Assembly: GCA_002269645.1 (NCBI GenBank)
Contig: NIVC01002042.1
Coordinates: 1 to 64,000 of the forward strand
DNA length: 64,000 nucleotides
Direction: 5' to 3'
Origin: Macrostomum lignano
Taxonomy: Eukaryota
Of this stretch, positions 25,252 through 38,148 are shown piece after piece. The position numbers were made by a program, and so were the translations under genes. Below the pieces are notes generated by a model that did no database searches, was not told the DNA's origin, and saw only the letters and a program-made list of their open reading frames with translations. The first letter of the stretch is position 1, and each line of letters opens with the position of its first letter.

Positions 25252-28200
25252 AGTGGAACTCCTCCTTCGGAGGAGAAAGGGGAAGAACTCCCATCACCGG
25301 AATTCCATTCCCTGTAATATCCATCAACTGAAATTCCATGTCTTGAACCCTATCTTCCAAATCGTCTCCAAATTCTTTACAAAACTTTTCAAAGACCATG
25401 GCTCAAAGACTCTCACGTCTCTCATATCTCCTCTCTCCTCTCTTCGCTATTATCGTGACTCTCTTCTCTCTCTTCTCTCTCCTCTCTCTCATCTCATCTC
25501 TATCCCTACTCCCTTATTTATTTCTTGTCCCTCGTCTTTCGTCTGTACCTTCTCCTGTCTCTTGTCTCCTCTCTTCTCTCATCTCTCCTCTTCACTTCTG
25601 TCTCCTGTCTCCTCTCTTCTCTCTTATCTCTCCCTCTTCCCTCCTCTCTCATATGTCATCTCTACTCACTTATCTATCAACTTATCTTATCTCTATATTC
25701 TCCCTTCGTTGCTCCTTTCATCTTCTCCCCTTTCTTCTCTAATCTCTAATCTCTTCTCTCTTATGTTCTCACTCATCTCTTCTCATCGCATCTCTAATCT
25801 CTCCTCTCCTCTCCTCACTACTTTCCTCTCTTAACTCTCTCATCTCTGATCTTTCATCTCTCTCCTCTCTCTCTACTCCTTTCGCTTCTTTCTCCTCTCA
25901 TTTCTACTACCTTATTTATATCTTCTCCCTGGTCTGTCGTCTGTACCCTCTCCTGTCTCCTTTCTCCCCTCTTTTCTCCTCTCTTCTCTCTCCCCTCCTC
26001 TCTTATCTCTCATCCTTCATCTCATTCTTTCTTTCTCCTTTACTCTCTCTTCTCTTCTATTTCCCCTGTACGCTCCTATCCCGTCTCTCTTCTCTCTCTT
26101 CTCATCCATCTTGTCTCCTCTCTGCTATCTCATATCTCCCATCTCATCTCCTCTCTCCTCTTCTATTCTGTCCCCCTCTTCATTCCCGCATCACTCCCCT
26201 CTTCTCTCCTATCTGTCATCTCTCCTCTCTAATTTCTACTCTCTTTTCTATCATCTCATTTCTCTTCTCTTTTCGCTCTTCTCTTTACTCTCTTCTCTGA
26301 CTGACTGAAGATGCAAAATCCATCAAAATCCTCTGCGCGAAGCAGAAATCCTGTCGGTGCAAATGAAAACCATCGAAATCCTCTCCGTGAAACTGGACTC
26401 CTTCGAAATCCTCTCCTTCAAACTTAAATCCATTAAAATCGTCTCCATTAAACAGAAATTAATCATAAATTATCTCCACGAAACAGAAATCCTCTCCGTC
26501 AAAATTAAAACATTGAAATCGTCTCCGCTAAACTGGACTTAATCGAATTTTTTTCCGTCAAACAACTCAACTCTCCGGATTCATTGGCTAGGGTTAGGGT
26601 TAGGGTTAGGGTTAGAACTACACACAGCTTCGTGTTAAAAGGCACTGATAAAAATATTGAACTAATTGAATCAATTCATTGCGCAACCGATTTCACAGTC
26701 AGTCAGTATCAGTCTCAGTTAAAGTTAACAAAAACATTGCGCAATCTAAATCAACCCTCTAATACACAGCAGCAGTGAGAAGTTGAACCCTCCCCTAACT
26801 TTATCTATTACGTCTCGCAAAACTGAGTACAATTTTTGCAAAAAGTTAAAAGTATGGAAATAGTTTTTTAAATGCTGTGCTTTTTCTTTTCATATTTAAA
26901 GCAAACAACTTACATCCCGAACTCAGCGTTGCAAGATCTTTCCAACAATATAAGTTTCTCCTATCAAAGTTTAAAACTCGAGGAACAGTTAGCGTTTAAA
27001 GCTGTCTGATTTATAGCATTGAAGTATCGAGTGTACATTCACTGCCTGCTTGCAAGTTGATGCATTGAATTTCAATGTCCAACAAATACACAGGGCTGCC
27101 CATTGAAAGGCAGGAAAACTTATCAGTAGCTATATCATTGCGCAATTATCTATACAGTCAGCCAGTGAGCCAGGGTCCAAGTGTACACACGCAGCCACTG
27201 AGAACGCTCCCACCCCCCACTGGAAAGAAAATACACTACAGAGATAGGGAAAAGTTGTGGCGCAATCACAAAAAATTCATGCATTTTTCAGCTCCAAGCA
27301 GAAAGAGGGGACAATTAAGATTATCAAAGGTCAAGATTCAAGTTTTCTGCTTTTTGAGGATCTTAGAAATTAAAATTTCAGAATTAAAATAGCCTATAGC
27401 CGACCTCGGATAATTTCCAATCTTCCCATATAAGTTTCAACGCTGAGTTGCCACTATTCAAGGAGGAGTTGTCGAAATGACAGACAGACAAACAACACGT
27501 GAACTTTAGTATATGTACGAAGTGGAACTCCTCCTTCGGAGGAGAAAGGGGAAGAACTCCCATCACCGGAATTCCATTCCCTGAAATATCCATCAACTGA
27601 AATTCCATGTCTTGAACCCTATCTTCCAAATCGTCTCCAAATTCTTTACAAACCTTTCAAAGACCATAGCTCAAAGACTCTTACGTCTCTCGTATCTCCT
27701 CTCTCCTCTCTTCGCTATTATCGTGACTCTCTTCTCTCTCCTCTCTCTCATCTCATCTCTACCCCTACTCCCTTATTTATCTCTTCTCCCTCGTCTTTCG
27801 TTTGTACCCTCTCCTGTCTCTTGTCTCCTCTCTTCTCTCATATCTCTCCTCTTCACTTCTGTCTCCTGTCTCCTCTCTTCTCTCTTATCTCTCCCTCTTC
27901 CCTCCTCTCTCATATGTCATCTCTCCTTACTTATCTATCGTCTCTCTTAACCCTCTCTCTCTTCTCTTTTCTCTCCTATCTGCTTCTCATTTCTCATATC
28001 TCATATACGCTCTCACACTCTACTTTCTTGTCTCCCATCTTTCTTTCCTCCTTACCACTATCCCCTGTCTCTTCTCTTCTCTCTTTTCTATCCTCTCCAT
28101 TCTCTCTTCTCTCCTCTCGTTTCTCCTTTCATCTTCTCCCCTCTCTTCTCTAATCTCTAATCTCTTCTCTCTTATGTTCTCACTCATCTCTTTTCTCATC

Positions 28201-30507
28201 GCATCTCTCATCTCTCCTCTCCTCACTACTTTTCTTCTCCTAACTCTCTTATCTCTGATCTTTCATCTCTTTCCTCTCTCCTCTCTCTCTTCTCCTCTCG
28301 CTTCTCTATCTCCTCTCTCTCCTCTCATCTATACTACCTTATTTATATCTTCTACCTGGTCTTTCGTCTCTACTCTCTCCTGTCTCATTTCTCCCCTCTT
28401 TTCTCCTCTTTTCTCTCTCCCCTCCTCTCTCATCTCTCATCCCTCATCTCACTCCTTCTTTCTCCTCTACTCTCCCCTCTTTTCTATTACCTCTGTACGC
28501 TCTTATCCCTCATCTCTATTCTCTTTCCTATCATCTCTCTTGTCACCCTCTGCTATCTCATATCTCCCCTCTCGTCTCCTCTCTCCTCTTCTTTTCTCTC
28601 TCCTTCGTTCCCGCCTTACTCCCCTCTTCTCTGCCATCTGTCATGTCTAATCTCTCGTCTCATTTCTACTCTGTTTTCTATCATCTCATCTCATCTCTCT
28701 TCTCTTTTCATTCTTCTCTTTACTCTCTTCTCTGACTGATTGAAGATGCCAAATTCATCAAGATCCTCTCCGCGAAGCAGAAATCCTTTCCGTGCAACTG
28801 AAAACCATTGAAATCCTCTTCGTGAAACTGGACTCCTTCGAAATCATTTCCTTGAAACTTAAATCCATCAAAATCACAGAAATCGTCTCCATAAAACAGA
28901 AATCAATCATAAATTATCTCCGCGAAACAGAAATCCTCTCCGTGAAGCTGAACATCATCGAAATCCTCTCTTCATGAAACTGAACACCATCGAAATCCTC
29001 TCCACGATACAGAAATCCTCTCCGTCAAAAATAAAACATTGAAATCATCTCCGCTAAACTGGACTCAATAGAATTTTTTTCCGTCAAACAACTCAACTCT
29101 CCGGATTCATTGGTTAGGGTTAGGGTTAGGGTTAGGGTTAGAACTGCGCACAGCTTCGTGTTAAAAGGCACTGATAAAAATATTGAACTAATTGAATCAA
29201 TTCATTGCGCAACCGATTTCACAGTCAGTCAGTCAGTATCAGTCTCAGTTAAAGTTAACAAAAACATTGCGCAATCTAAATCAACCCTCCAATACACAGC
29301 AGCAGTGAAAAGTTGAACCCTCCCCCAACTTTATCCATTACGTCTCGCAAAACTGAGTGCAATCTTTGCAGAAAGTTAAAAGTGTGGAAATAGTTTTTCA
29401 AATGCTGTGCTTTTTCTTTTCATATTTAAAGCAAACAACTTATATCCTCAAACTCTAAAAGTCTCAATTCTAATTCTCCTCTAAAAGTTTAAAACTCGAG
29501 GAACAGTTAGCGTTTGAAATTTACCGATTTCCCGACTTCTTGCTAGAGATGCTCGCAAGTTTATTCATTGAATTTCACTGCCCAGCTAATACACAGGGCC
29601 GATAATAAAACCAATTGAATCTCGGCACAGTTCTATCTGTTTACAACAGCTATGTACACTCAGCCCAAGCCCACCCCCCCGTTCCGGGGGAATCATTAAA
29701 TTCAACTCAACTCCCCAACACGCGGGGGTTTTATTTGCATTGAACGCAGAACACGCGCACCCACCACCCCTCAATACACAGCGGCCCGCGGGCGGAGGTT
29801 GGGGTGGCTATTTTTACAAACTGGCTGAAGCCCCAGGCAGAGTGGCAAAAGAAGGTTATTGGGGGTCAAAAAGGCAGTTTTCTGCTTTTTTGAGGATCTT
29901 AGAAATTAAAATTTCAGAATTAAAATAGCCTATAGCCGACCTCGGATAATTTCCTATCTTCCCATATAAGTTTCAACGCTGAGTTGGCACTATTCAAGGA
30001 GGAGTTGTCGAAATGACAGACAGACACACAGACAGACAGACAGACAGACAAACAACGCGTCAACTTTAGTATATCTAGAGTGGAACTCCTCCTTCGGAGG
30101 AGAAAGGGGAAGAACTCCCATCACCGGAATTCCATTCCCTGAATTATCCATCAACTGAAATTCCATGTCTTGAACCCCATCTTCCAAATCGTCTCCAAAT
30201 TCTTTACAAACCTTTCAAAGACCATAGCTCAAAGACTCTTACGTCTCTCATATCTACTCTCTCCTCTCTTCGCTATTATCGTGACTCTCTTCTCTCTCCT
30301 CTCTCTCATCTCATCTCTACCCCTACTTCCTTATTTATCTCTTCTCCCTCGTCTTTCGTCTGTACCCCCTCCTGTCTCCTCTGTTCTCTGTTCTATCACA
30401 TCTCTATTCTTCACTTCTGTCTCCTGTCTCCTCTCTTCTCTCTTATCTCTCCTTCTTCTCTTCTCTCTCATATGTCATCTCTACTCACTTATCTATCGTC
30501 TCTCTTA

Positions 30508-30597
<90 letters not shown>

Positions 30598-33500
30598 CTG
30601 CTCTCATTTCTTATATCTCATATACGGTCTCAGACTCTACTTTCTTGTCTCCCATCTTTCTTTCCTCCTTTCCACTACCCCCGTCTCTTCTCTTCTCTCT
30701 TTTCTAATCTCTAATCTCTTCTCTCTTATGTTCTCACTCATCTCTTCTCCTCGCATCTCTCATCTCTCCTCTCCTCACTACTTCCCTCTCTTAACTCTCT
30801 CATCTCTGATTTTTCATCTCTCTCCTCTCTCCTCTCGCTCTTTTCCTTTCGCTTCTCTCTCCTCCCTCTCCTCTCATCTCTACTACTTTATTTATATCTT
30901 CTCCCTCGTCTTTCGTCTCTACTCTCGTCTGTCTCCTTTCTCCCCTTTTTTCTCCTCTTTTCTCTCTTCTCTCTCCGCTCCTCTCTCATCTCTCATCCCT
31001 CATCTCACTCTTTCTTTCTCCTATTATCTCTCTTGTCTCCCTTTGCTATCTCATATATCCACTCTTATCTCCTCTCTCCTCTTCGCTTTTCTGTCCTTCG
31101 TTCCCGCCTTAATCCCCTCTTCTCTCCAATCTGTCATGTCTAATCTCTCCACTCATTTCTACTCTGTTTTCTACCATCTCATATCTCTTCTCTTTTCATT
31201 CTTCTTTTTATTCTCTTCTCTGACTGATTGAAGATGCCAAATCAATCAAGATCCTCTCCGCGAAGCAGAAATCCTGTCCGTGCAACTGAAAACCATCGAA
31301 ATCCTCTCCGTGAAACTGAAGAGAATCGAAATCCTCTCCGCGAAACAGAAATCCTCTCCGTGAAACTGAAAACCATCGAAATTCTTTCTTTTAAACTGGA
31401 CTCAATCGAAATTTTCTCCGTCAAAAAGAATAAATATCAGGATTCATTGGTTATTGTTAAGGGTTAGGGTTAGGGTTAGAGCTACACACAGCTGCGTGTT
31501 CAAATAAAAAATGAACCAATTGAATCAATTGATTGCGCAACCGATTTCACAGTCAGTCAGTATCAGTCTCAGTTAAAGTTAGCAAAAAAATTGCGCAATC
31601 TAAATCAACCCTCCAGTACACAGAGACCGACCCCTTTTCAATACGCAGTGGCAGTTAGAAATTGAACCTCAAACTTTTGGGGGCATTGAACAAAAAAATG
31701 AGTACAATCTTTGCATAAAGCTAAAAGTATGGAAATGGTTTTTTGAAACATTTTATATCCTCGAACTCAGCGTTGCAAGATCTTTTCAGCAGTATAAGTC
31801 TCTTCTCTTAAAGTTTAGAACTCGAAGAGCAGTTAGCGTTTGAAAGTTCCCGTTTTAAAGCATTGAAATGTCGCGTGTACGTTCACTGCCTGCCAAAGAG
31901 GCTCGCAAGTTTATTCATTTACTACACAGGCCGGCTATTACACAGGGCAGCCTATTGAAAGGCACAGATAATAAAACAAAATTGATGGCGCAACTGATTT
32001 CACAGTATGTCAGTATCAGTCTCAGTTACAGTTAACAAAAAGATTGCGCAATCTAAATCAACCCTCCAATACACAGCGCCCGACCGCCTTCCACTACGCA
32101 GTGGCAATTAGCAATTGAACCCCCCAAATTTATCTCTGACCTATCGCAAAAATAAGTACAATCTTTGCAGCAAGTTAAAAGTAAAAGTAATAAAATCGTT
32201 TTTTGAATGCTGTGCTTTTAATTTTTACAGTTAAAGCAAACAACTTATATCCCTGAACTCAGCGTTGCAAGATCTTTCCAGCAATATAAGTCTCTCCTCT
32301 CAAAGTTCAAAAATCGAGCAACAGTTAGCATTTGAAACTTTCTGATTTAAAGCATTGAAATATCGAGTGTACGTTCACTGCCTGCTAGAGAGGCTCGCAA
32401 ATTGATGCATTGAATTTCACTGTCCGCCAGTTAGCTAGGGTCCAAGTGTACACACGCCGCCACTGAGAACGCTCCTATCCCCCACTGGAGAGAAAATACA
32501 CTGCCAAGTTAGCAAAATTTTATGGCGCAATCACTTAAAATTCATGCAAATTTTCAGCTCCAAGCAGAAAGAGGGGACAATTAAGATTATCAAAGGTCAA
32601 GACCGCCGTTTTCTGCTTTTTTGAGGATCTTAGAAATTAAAATTTCAGAATTAAAATAGCCTATAGCCGACCTCGGATAATTTCCAATCTTCCCATATAA
32701 GTTTCAACGCTGAGTTGCCACTATTCAAGGAGGAGTTGTCGAAATGACAGACAGACACACAGACAGACAGACAAACAACACGTCAACTTTAGTATATACG
32801 AGTGGAACTCCTCCTTCGGAGGAGAAAGGGGAAGAACTCCCATCACCGGAATTCTATTCCCTGAAATATCCATCAACTGAAATTCCATGTCTTTAACCCT
32901 ATCTTCCAAATCGTCTCCAAATTCTTTACAAAATCTTTCAAAGACCATAGCTCAAAGACTCTCAAGTCTCTCATATCTCCTCTCTCCTCTCTTTCATCTC
33001 ATCTCTACCCCTGTTCCCTTATTTATCTCTTCTCCCTCGTCTTTCGTCTGTACCTTCTCCTGTCTTCTGTCTCCTCTCTTCACTCTTATCTCTCCCTCTT
33101 CTCTCCTCTCTCATATGTCATCTCTACTCACTTATCTATCGTCTCTCTTAACCCTCTCTCTCTCTTCTCTTTTCTCTTCTCTCTGCTCTCATTTCTCATA
33201 TTTCATATACGCTCTGACACTACTTTCTTGTCTCCCATCTTTCTTCCTCCTTTTCACTATCCCCTGTCTCTTCTCTTCTCTCTTTTCTATTCTCTCCATT
33301 CTCTCTTTTCTCCTTTCCTTGCTCCTTTCATCTCTCTCCTCTCTCCTCACTCTCTTCTCCTTTCGCTTCTCTCTCCTCTCTCTCCTCTCATCTTTACTAC
33401 CTTATTTATATCTTCTCCCTAGTCTTTCGTCTGTACTCTCTCCTGTCTCCTCTCTCCCCTCCTCTCTCATCCCTCATCTCCTCATCTCCTCATCTCACTC

Positions 33501-36241
33501 TTTCTTTCTCCTCTACTCTCCCCTCTCTTCTATTGCCTCTGTACGCTCTTATCCCTCATCTATTCTCTCTCCTATCATCTCCAATCTGTCATGTCTAATC
33601 TCTCCACTCAATTTTACTCTGTTTTCTATCATCTCTTCTCTCTTCTCTTTTCAGTCTTCTCTTTACTCTCTTCTCTGACTGATTGAAGATGCCAAATCCA
33701 TCAAAATCCTCTCCGCGAAGCAAAAATCCTGTCTGTGCAACTAAAAACCATCGAAATCCTCTCAGTGAAACTGGACTCCTTCGAAATCCTCTCCTTGAAA
33801 CCTGAATCCATCAAAATTGTTTCCATAAAACAGAAATCAATCATAAATTATCTCAGCGAAACAGAAAGCCTCTCCGTGAAGCTGAACATGATCGAAATCC
33901 TCTCCGTGAAACTGAACACCATGGAAATCCTTTCGTGAAACTGAACATCATCGAAATCCTCTCCACGAAACAGAAATCTTCTCCGTCAGAATTTAAACAT
34001 TGAAATCGTCTCCGCTAAACTTGACTTAATCGAATTTTTTCCGTCAAACAACTCAACTCGCCAGATTCATTAGGGTTAGGGTTAGGGTTAGGGTTAGAAC
34101 TACGCACAGCTTCGTGTTAAAAGGCACAGATAAAAATATTGAACTAATTGAATCAATTCATTGCGCAACCGATTTCACAGTCAGTCAGTATCAGCCTCAG
34201 GTAAAGTTAACAAAAGATTGCGCAATCTAAATCAACCCTCCAATCCACAGCTGTAGTGAGAAGTTGAACCCTCCCCCAACTTTATCTATTACGTCTTGCA
34301 AAACTGAGTACAATATTTGCAAAAAGTTAAAAGTATGGAAATAGTTTTCCAAATGCTGTGCTTTTTCTTTTCATAGTTAAAGCAAACAACTTATATCCCC
34401 GAACTCAGCGTTGCAAGATCTTGCCAGCAATATAAGTTTCTCCTCTCAAAGTTTAAAACTCGAGGAACAGTTAGCGTTTGAAACTGTCTGATTTATAGCA
34501 TTGAAGTATCGAGTGTACGTTCACTGCCTGCTTGCAAGTTGATGCATTGAATTTCAATGTCCAACAAATACACAGGACTGCCCATTGATAGGCAGGAAAA
34601 CTTATCAGTAGCCATATCATTGCGCAATTATCTATAAAGTCAGCCAGTGAGCCAGGGTCCAATTGTACACACGCCGCCAATGAGAACGCGCCCATTCCCC
34701 CACAGGAGAGAAAATGCACTGGCGACATAGGAAAAAGTTGTGGCGTAATCACTCAAAATTTATGCCAATTTTCAGCTCCGAGCAGAAAGAGGGGACAATT
34801 AAGATTATCAAAGGTCAAGACCGCCGTTTTCTGCTTTTTTAGGGATCTTAAAAATTGAAAATGAAAGATTAAAATAGCCTAAAGCCATCCTCGGAAAATT
34901 TGCAGTTTTCCCATATAAGTTTCAACGCTGAGTTGCAAGTATTCTAGGAGGAGTTATCGAACTGACATACAGACAGACAAACAACACGTCAACTTTAGTA
35001 TATACGAGGCCAACTCCTCCTTCGGAGAAGAAAGGGGAAGAACTCCAATCAGCGGAATTCCATTCCCTGAACTCCATCAGCGGAATCCCATTTTCCAACA
35101 CCTCTCCGCGCAACAGAAATCGTCTCCGTGAAACTGAACACTATCGAAATCCTCTCCGTGAAACTGAACACCATCGAAATATTCTACGCGAAATAGAAAT
35201 CCTCTCCGTGAAACTGGACTAAATCGAAATTTCTACGTCAAACAGCCCAGCTCTTAGAATTCATTGGTTAAGGTTAGGGTTAGGGTTAGAGCTACACACA
35301 GCTGCGTGTTGAAAGACGCCGTAAAAACATTGAACCAATTAAATTGCGCAACTTATTTCTCAGGCAGTCAGTATCAGCCTCAGTTAAAGTTAACAAAAAG
35401 ATTGCGCAATCTAAATCAACCCTCAAATACACAGCAACCGACTCCCCTTCCAATACGCAGTGCAGCTAGAAATTGAACCCCCCCCTCACCAACTATTGGG
35501 GGGTCGGTCGAACCCCCATTGAACTCCAAAATGAGAACAATCTTTGCAGAAAGCTAAAAGTATGAAAATCTTTTCTTGAATGCTGTGAATTTAATTTTCA
35601 TATTTAAAGCAAAAAACTTATATCCCCGAACTTATCGCAGCAAGATCTTTCCAGCAATATAAGTTTCTCCTCTCTAAGTTCAAAACTCGAGCAACAGTTA
35701 GTGTTTGAAACTTTCTGATTTTAAGCATTGAAATATCGAGTGTACGTTCACTGCCTGCTAAAGATGCTCGCAAGTTTATGCATTTAAATGCACTGAATTT
35801 CACTGTGCAAAAAATACACAGGGCTTCCTGTTAAAAAACAGAACACAAATAGTTGCGCAATTGTCTATAAAGTGAGCCAGTGAGCCAGGGTCCAATTGTA
35901 CACACGCCGCCAATAAGAACGCGCCCATTCCCCCACAGGAGAGAAAATGCACTGGCGACATAGGAAAAAGTTGTGGCGTAATCACTCAAAATTTATGCCA
36001 ATTTTCAGCTCCGAGCAGAAAGAGGGGACAATTAAGATTATCAAAGGTCAAGACCGCCGTTTTCTGCTTTTTTAGGGATCTTAAAAATTGAAAATGAAAG
36101 ATTAAAATAGCCTAAAGCCATCCTCGGAAAATTTGCAGTTTTCCCATATAAGTTTCAACGCTGAGTTGCAAGTATTCTAGGAGGAGTTATCGAACTGACA
36201 TACAGACAGACAAACAACACGTCAACTTTAGTATATATAGA
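25252..36241 (-). mobile_element. head-to-tail array of five non-autonomous Helitron-like units (A 25252-27520, B 27521-30078, C 30079-32800, D 32801-35006, E 35007-36241)
   Basis: Minus-strand 5' end A|TCTATATATACTAAAGTTGACG..TGTCTGTCTG; 3' hairpin CTCCTCC-GAA-GGAGGAG just before the end; inserted between A and T with no TSD; the same junction recurs four times. Confidence 0.7.
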
Positions 36242-36410
36242 TAGAGGGCCGCTGTACACTCCTGTGTGTGTGCCTGCGTACGTATCCGCGCGCTTGTGTG
36301 CTGCTTAGGGGAGTCGGCGGAATGGGCAGCAATGCCTCTCGCCGGTTGTGTGCCTATGTCGCTTAAAGTGCGCCAGGGTGCACACAACCCCCCTGCTTCT
36401 AATAAAATTG
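36242..36410 (+). mobile_element. tRNA-derived SINE, 3' half of the split copy
   Basis: AGGGCCGCTGTACACTCCTGTGTG…GGGTGCACACAACCCC matches 23957-24110. Confidence 0.75.
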
Positions 36411-36572
36411 CTTGCCTCTTACACAGCAGACCAAGTTGCGCAACACACAAAACTCAACTCAAGCCACTCTATTTTAACAATTCTCCGTCTAGTCTGACTG
36501 TCGCTTCAAAATTGATTGGTCATCACACCAGTCAGGTTATTAACTAATTTTATTATTTTCCATCAAATGAGC

Positions 36573-37866
36573 CAGAGGTTGGCAAACTCCGGCCCGTGAT
36601 GGGCACTGCTAAATTTATTTTTAGCGCCGCTAATTAGCGCTGTCGCTAACTGATAGAAGAAAAAAAATTAGCGATCGCCAATAGCGGGCGCTATTTCTAC
36701 TTTGAATTTAGCGCAATTAGCGCCGCTAATTTTGAAATGCGCTAATTAATAAATTATACATTTAATATAAACTGCCGTTTCACACGTACCAGGGTATTTA
36801 TGCGTTTGTGCACATTTTTAACTCACGTGTTTTAAATGAATAAGCTATATTAATAATGCTATTGCCAATAACTTGTTTTTATCAAACCTAATAAAAAATT
36901 CTTAAGCCGGTGAACTGTCAGAGCAACAGTTGGTAAAGAGTTCCTAAATTACAATGCTGTTTGCCTTGAAAAACGTCAAGGGCCCTTGCTACCGGGGCCA
37001 TGGCCTTCTTATACTCAAGAAGGAAGGCAAGATCATCAGCTTGAAACGGTGGTACGGGATTTATTCACCTCACCATCACCCTGTTGATAGCCTGTCGCTT
37101 CGCATCATCGCTTAGAATATTAACTGAGCTGAACATTGAATTCTTTGATTAAATTATTAAATGAAATCAAATGAATCAACAAATTTTTGCTAACGAATTA
37201 AAAGTAGTAAGAAAACTTTTAAAAGTCAATGACAAAAACAAGACTATTGTTGATAACGATAACGAAAAAAAGAAATTTAAATTTCGTTTCGCATTTCTAA
37301 GAAAATTAGAAACATATTAGAGATTTAGTATTGGTGGATTTACGTAATTCTTTTCTTATTACTCTAATAGGGTCTCATTTTAAGTATTAACAGTAATTAA
37401 CCGTCTAGTTTTATAGCAAAAAATGAATTTAGCACAATTAGCAATTTTCAGAAAATATTAGCGGCGCTTTGATAGCGCGCGCTAATTGGAATTTCAATTT
37501 AGCGGAATTAGCGGCGCTAACAAAACGTTAGCGGCGCTTTAGTGGAATTCATATTTAGCGGCGCTAGTGCCCATCACTGCCGGGCCGCAGGACACATGCG
37601 GCCTGCGAAGCCTCTTTATCCAGCCTTCGGGGCCTTTGAAACTGCACAATAGCAATCCGGCTCGCACAATGTTTGTCTCTTCTCAGCTCTCCTCTCTTCT
37701 TTCTCCTCTCCCTCCCTCTCCTCTTTTCTACTCTCCTAGCCTAATTCATCTCCTCTCCTCTTTGCTCCTTTATTCCCTCGCCTCAGCTCCTTTCTCCTTT
37801 CTTGTTTATTCCCTCATCTCCTCCTTCCTCTGGACTGCAGTCATGCTCTAAGTTTGCCAACCCCTG
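36573..37866. mobile_element. hAT-type non-autonomous element
   Basis: TIRs CAGAGGTTGGCAAACT / AGTTTGCCAACCCCTG, CCGGCCCG..CGGGCCGC subterminal motif, degenerate 8-bp TSD AAATGAGC/ACATAAGC (6/8). Confidence 0.7.
36595..37579. mobile_element. second hAT-like element nested in the 36573-37866 element
   Basis: Inverted ends GTGATGGGCACT / AGTGCCCATCACTG with repeated subterminal AATTAGCGCCGCT motifs at both ends. Confidence 0.65.
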
Positions 37867-37877
37867 ACATAAGCGAA

Positions 37878-38021
37878 ATGAGCAAGCGTGAAAAAAACAG
37901 CGCCCGTTGGTTGCCGTTGGAACCCCTGGTAAACAAGGTGCAAGAAAATCCTGCTCTATACGACCTTCGGCTCCCTGACAATCGAAATACCAGGAAAAAG
38001 GACGATCAAAAAAGTGTGTAA
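37878..38021 (+). pseudogene. truncated MADF (Myb/SANT-like) domain fragment
   Basis: LVNKVQENPALYDLRLPDNRNTRKKDD fits the MADF pattern L...V...P.LYD.....Y.N...K..; the frame breaks before the expected W. Confidence 0.55.
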
Positions 38022-38148
38022 TATGCTAGGTTTTTTATCTCGTGCCAGTTATATCAATAAGAGTGCCGGCTTTTGTACTCTGATACAGACTGTACACTGG
38101 TATTGAATTCAGAGCACAAAATAGTTTTCTCAGCAGTGTGACGCTTGC

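Noticed and set aside
26589-26615. Chromosome end or telomere fusion
   Set aside because: Only 3-4 repeats, at a fixed position inside each element unit and in a single orientation.
25253-33678. Leu/Ser-rich membrane-protein-like ORFs
   Set aside because: They arise from G-poor CT tracts that lack stop codons, inside the repeated element.
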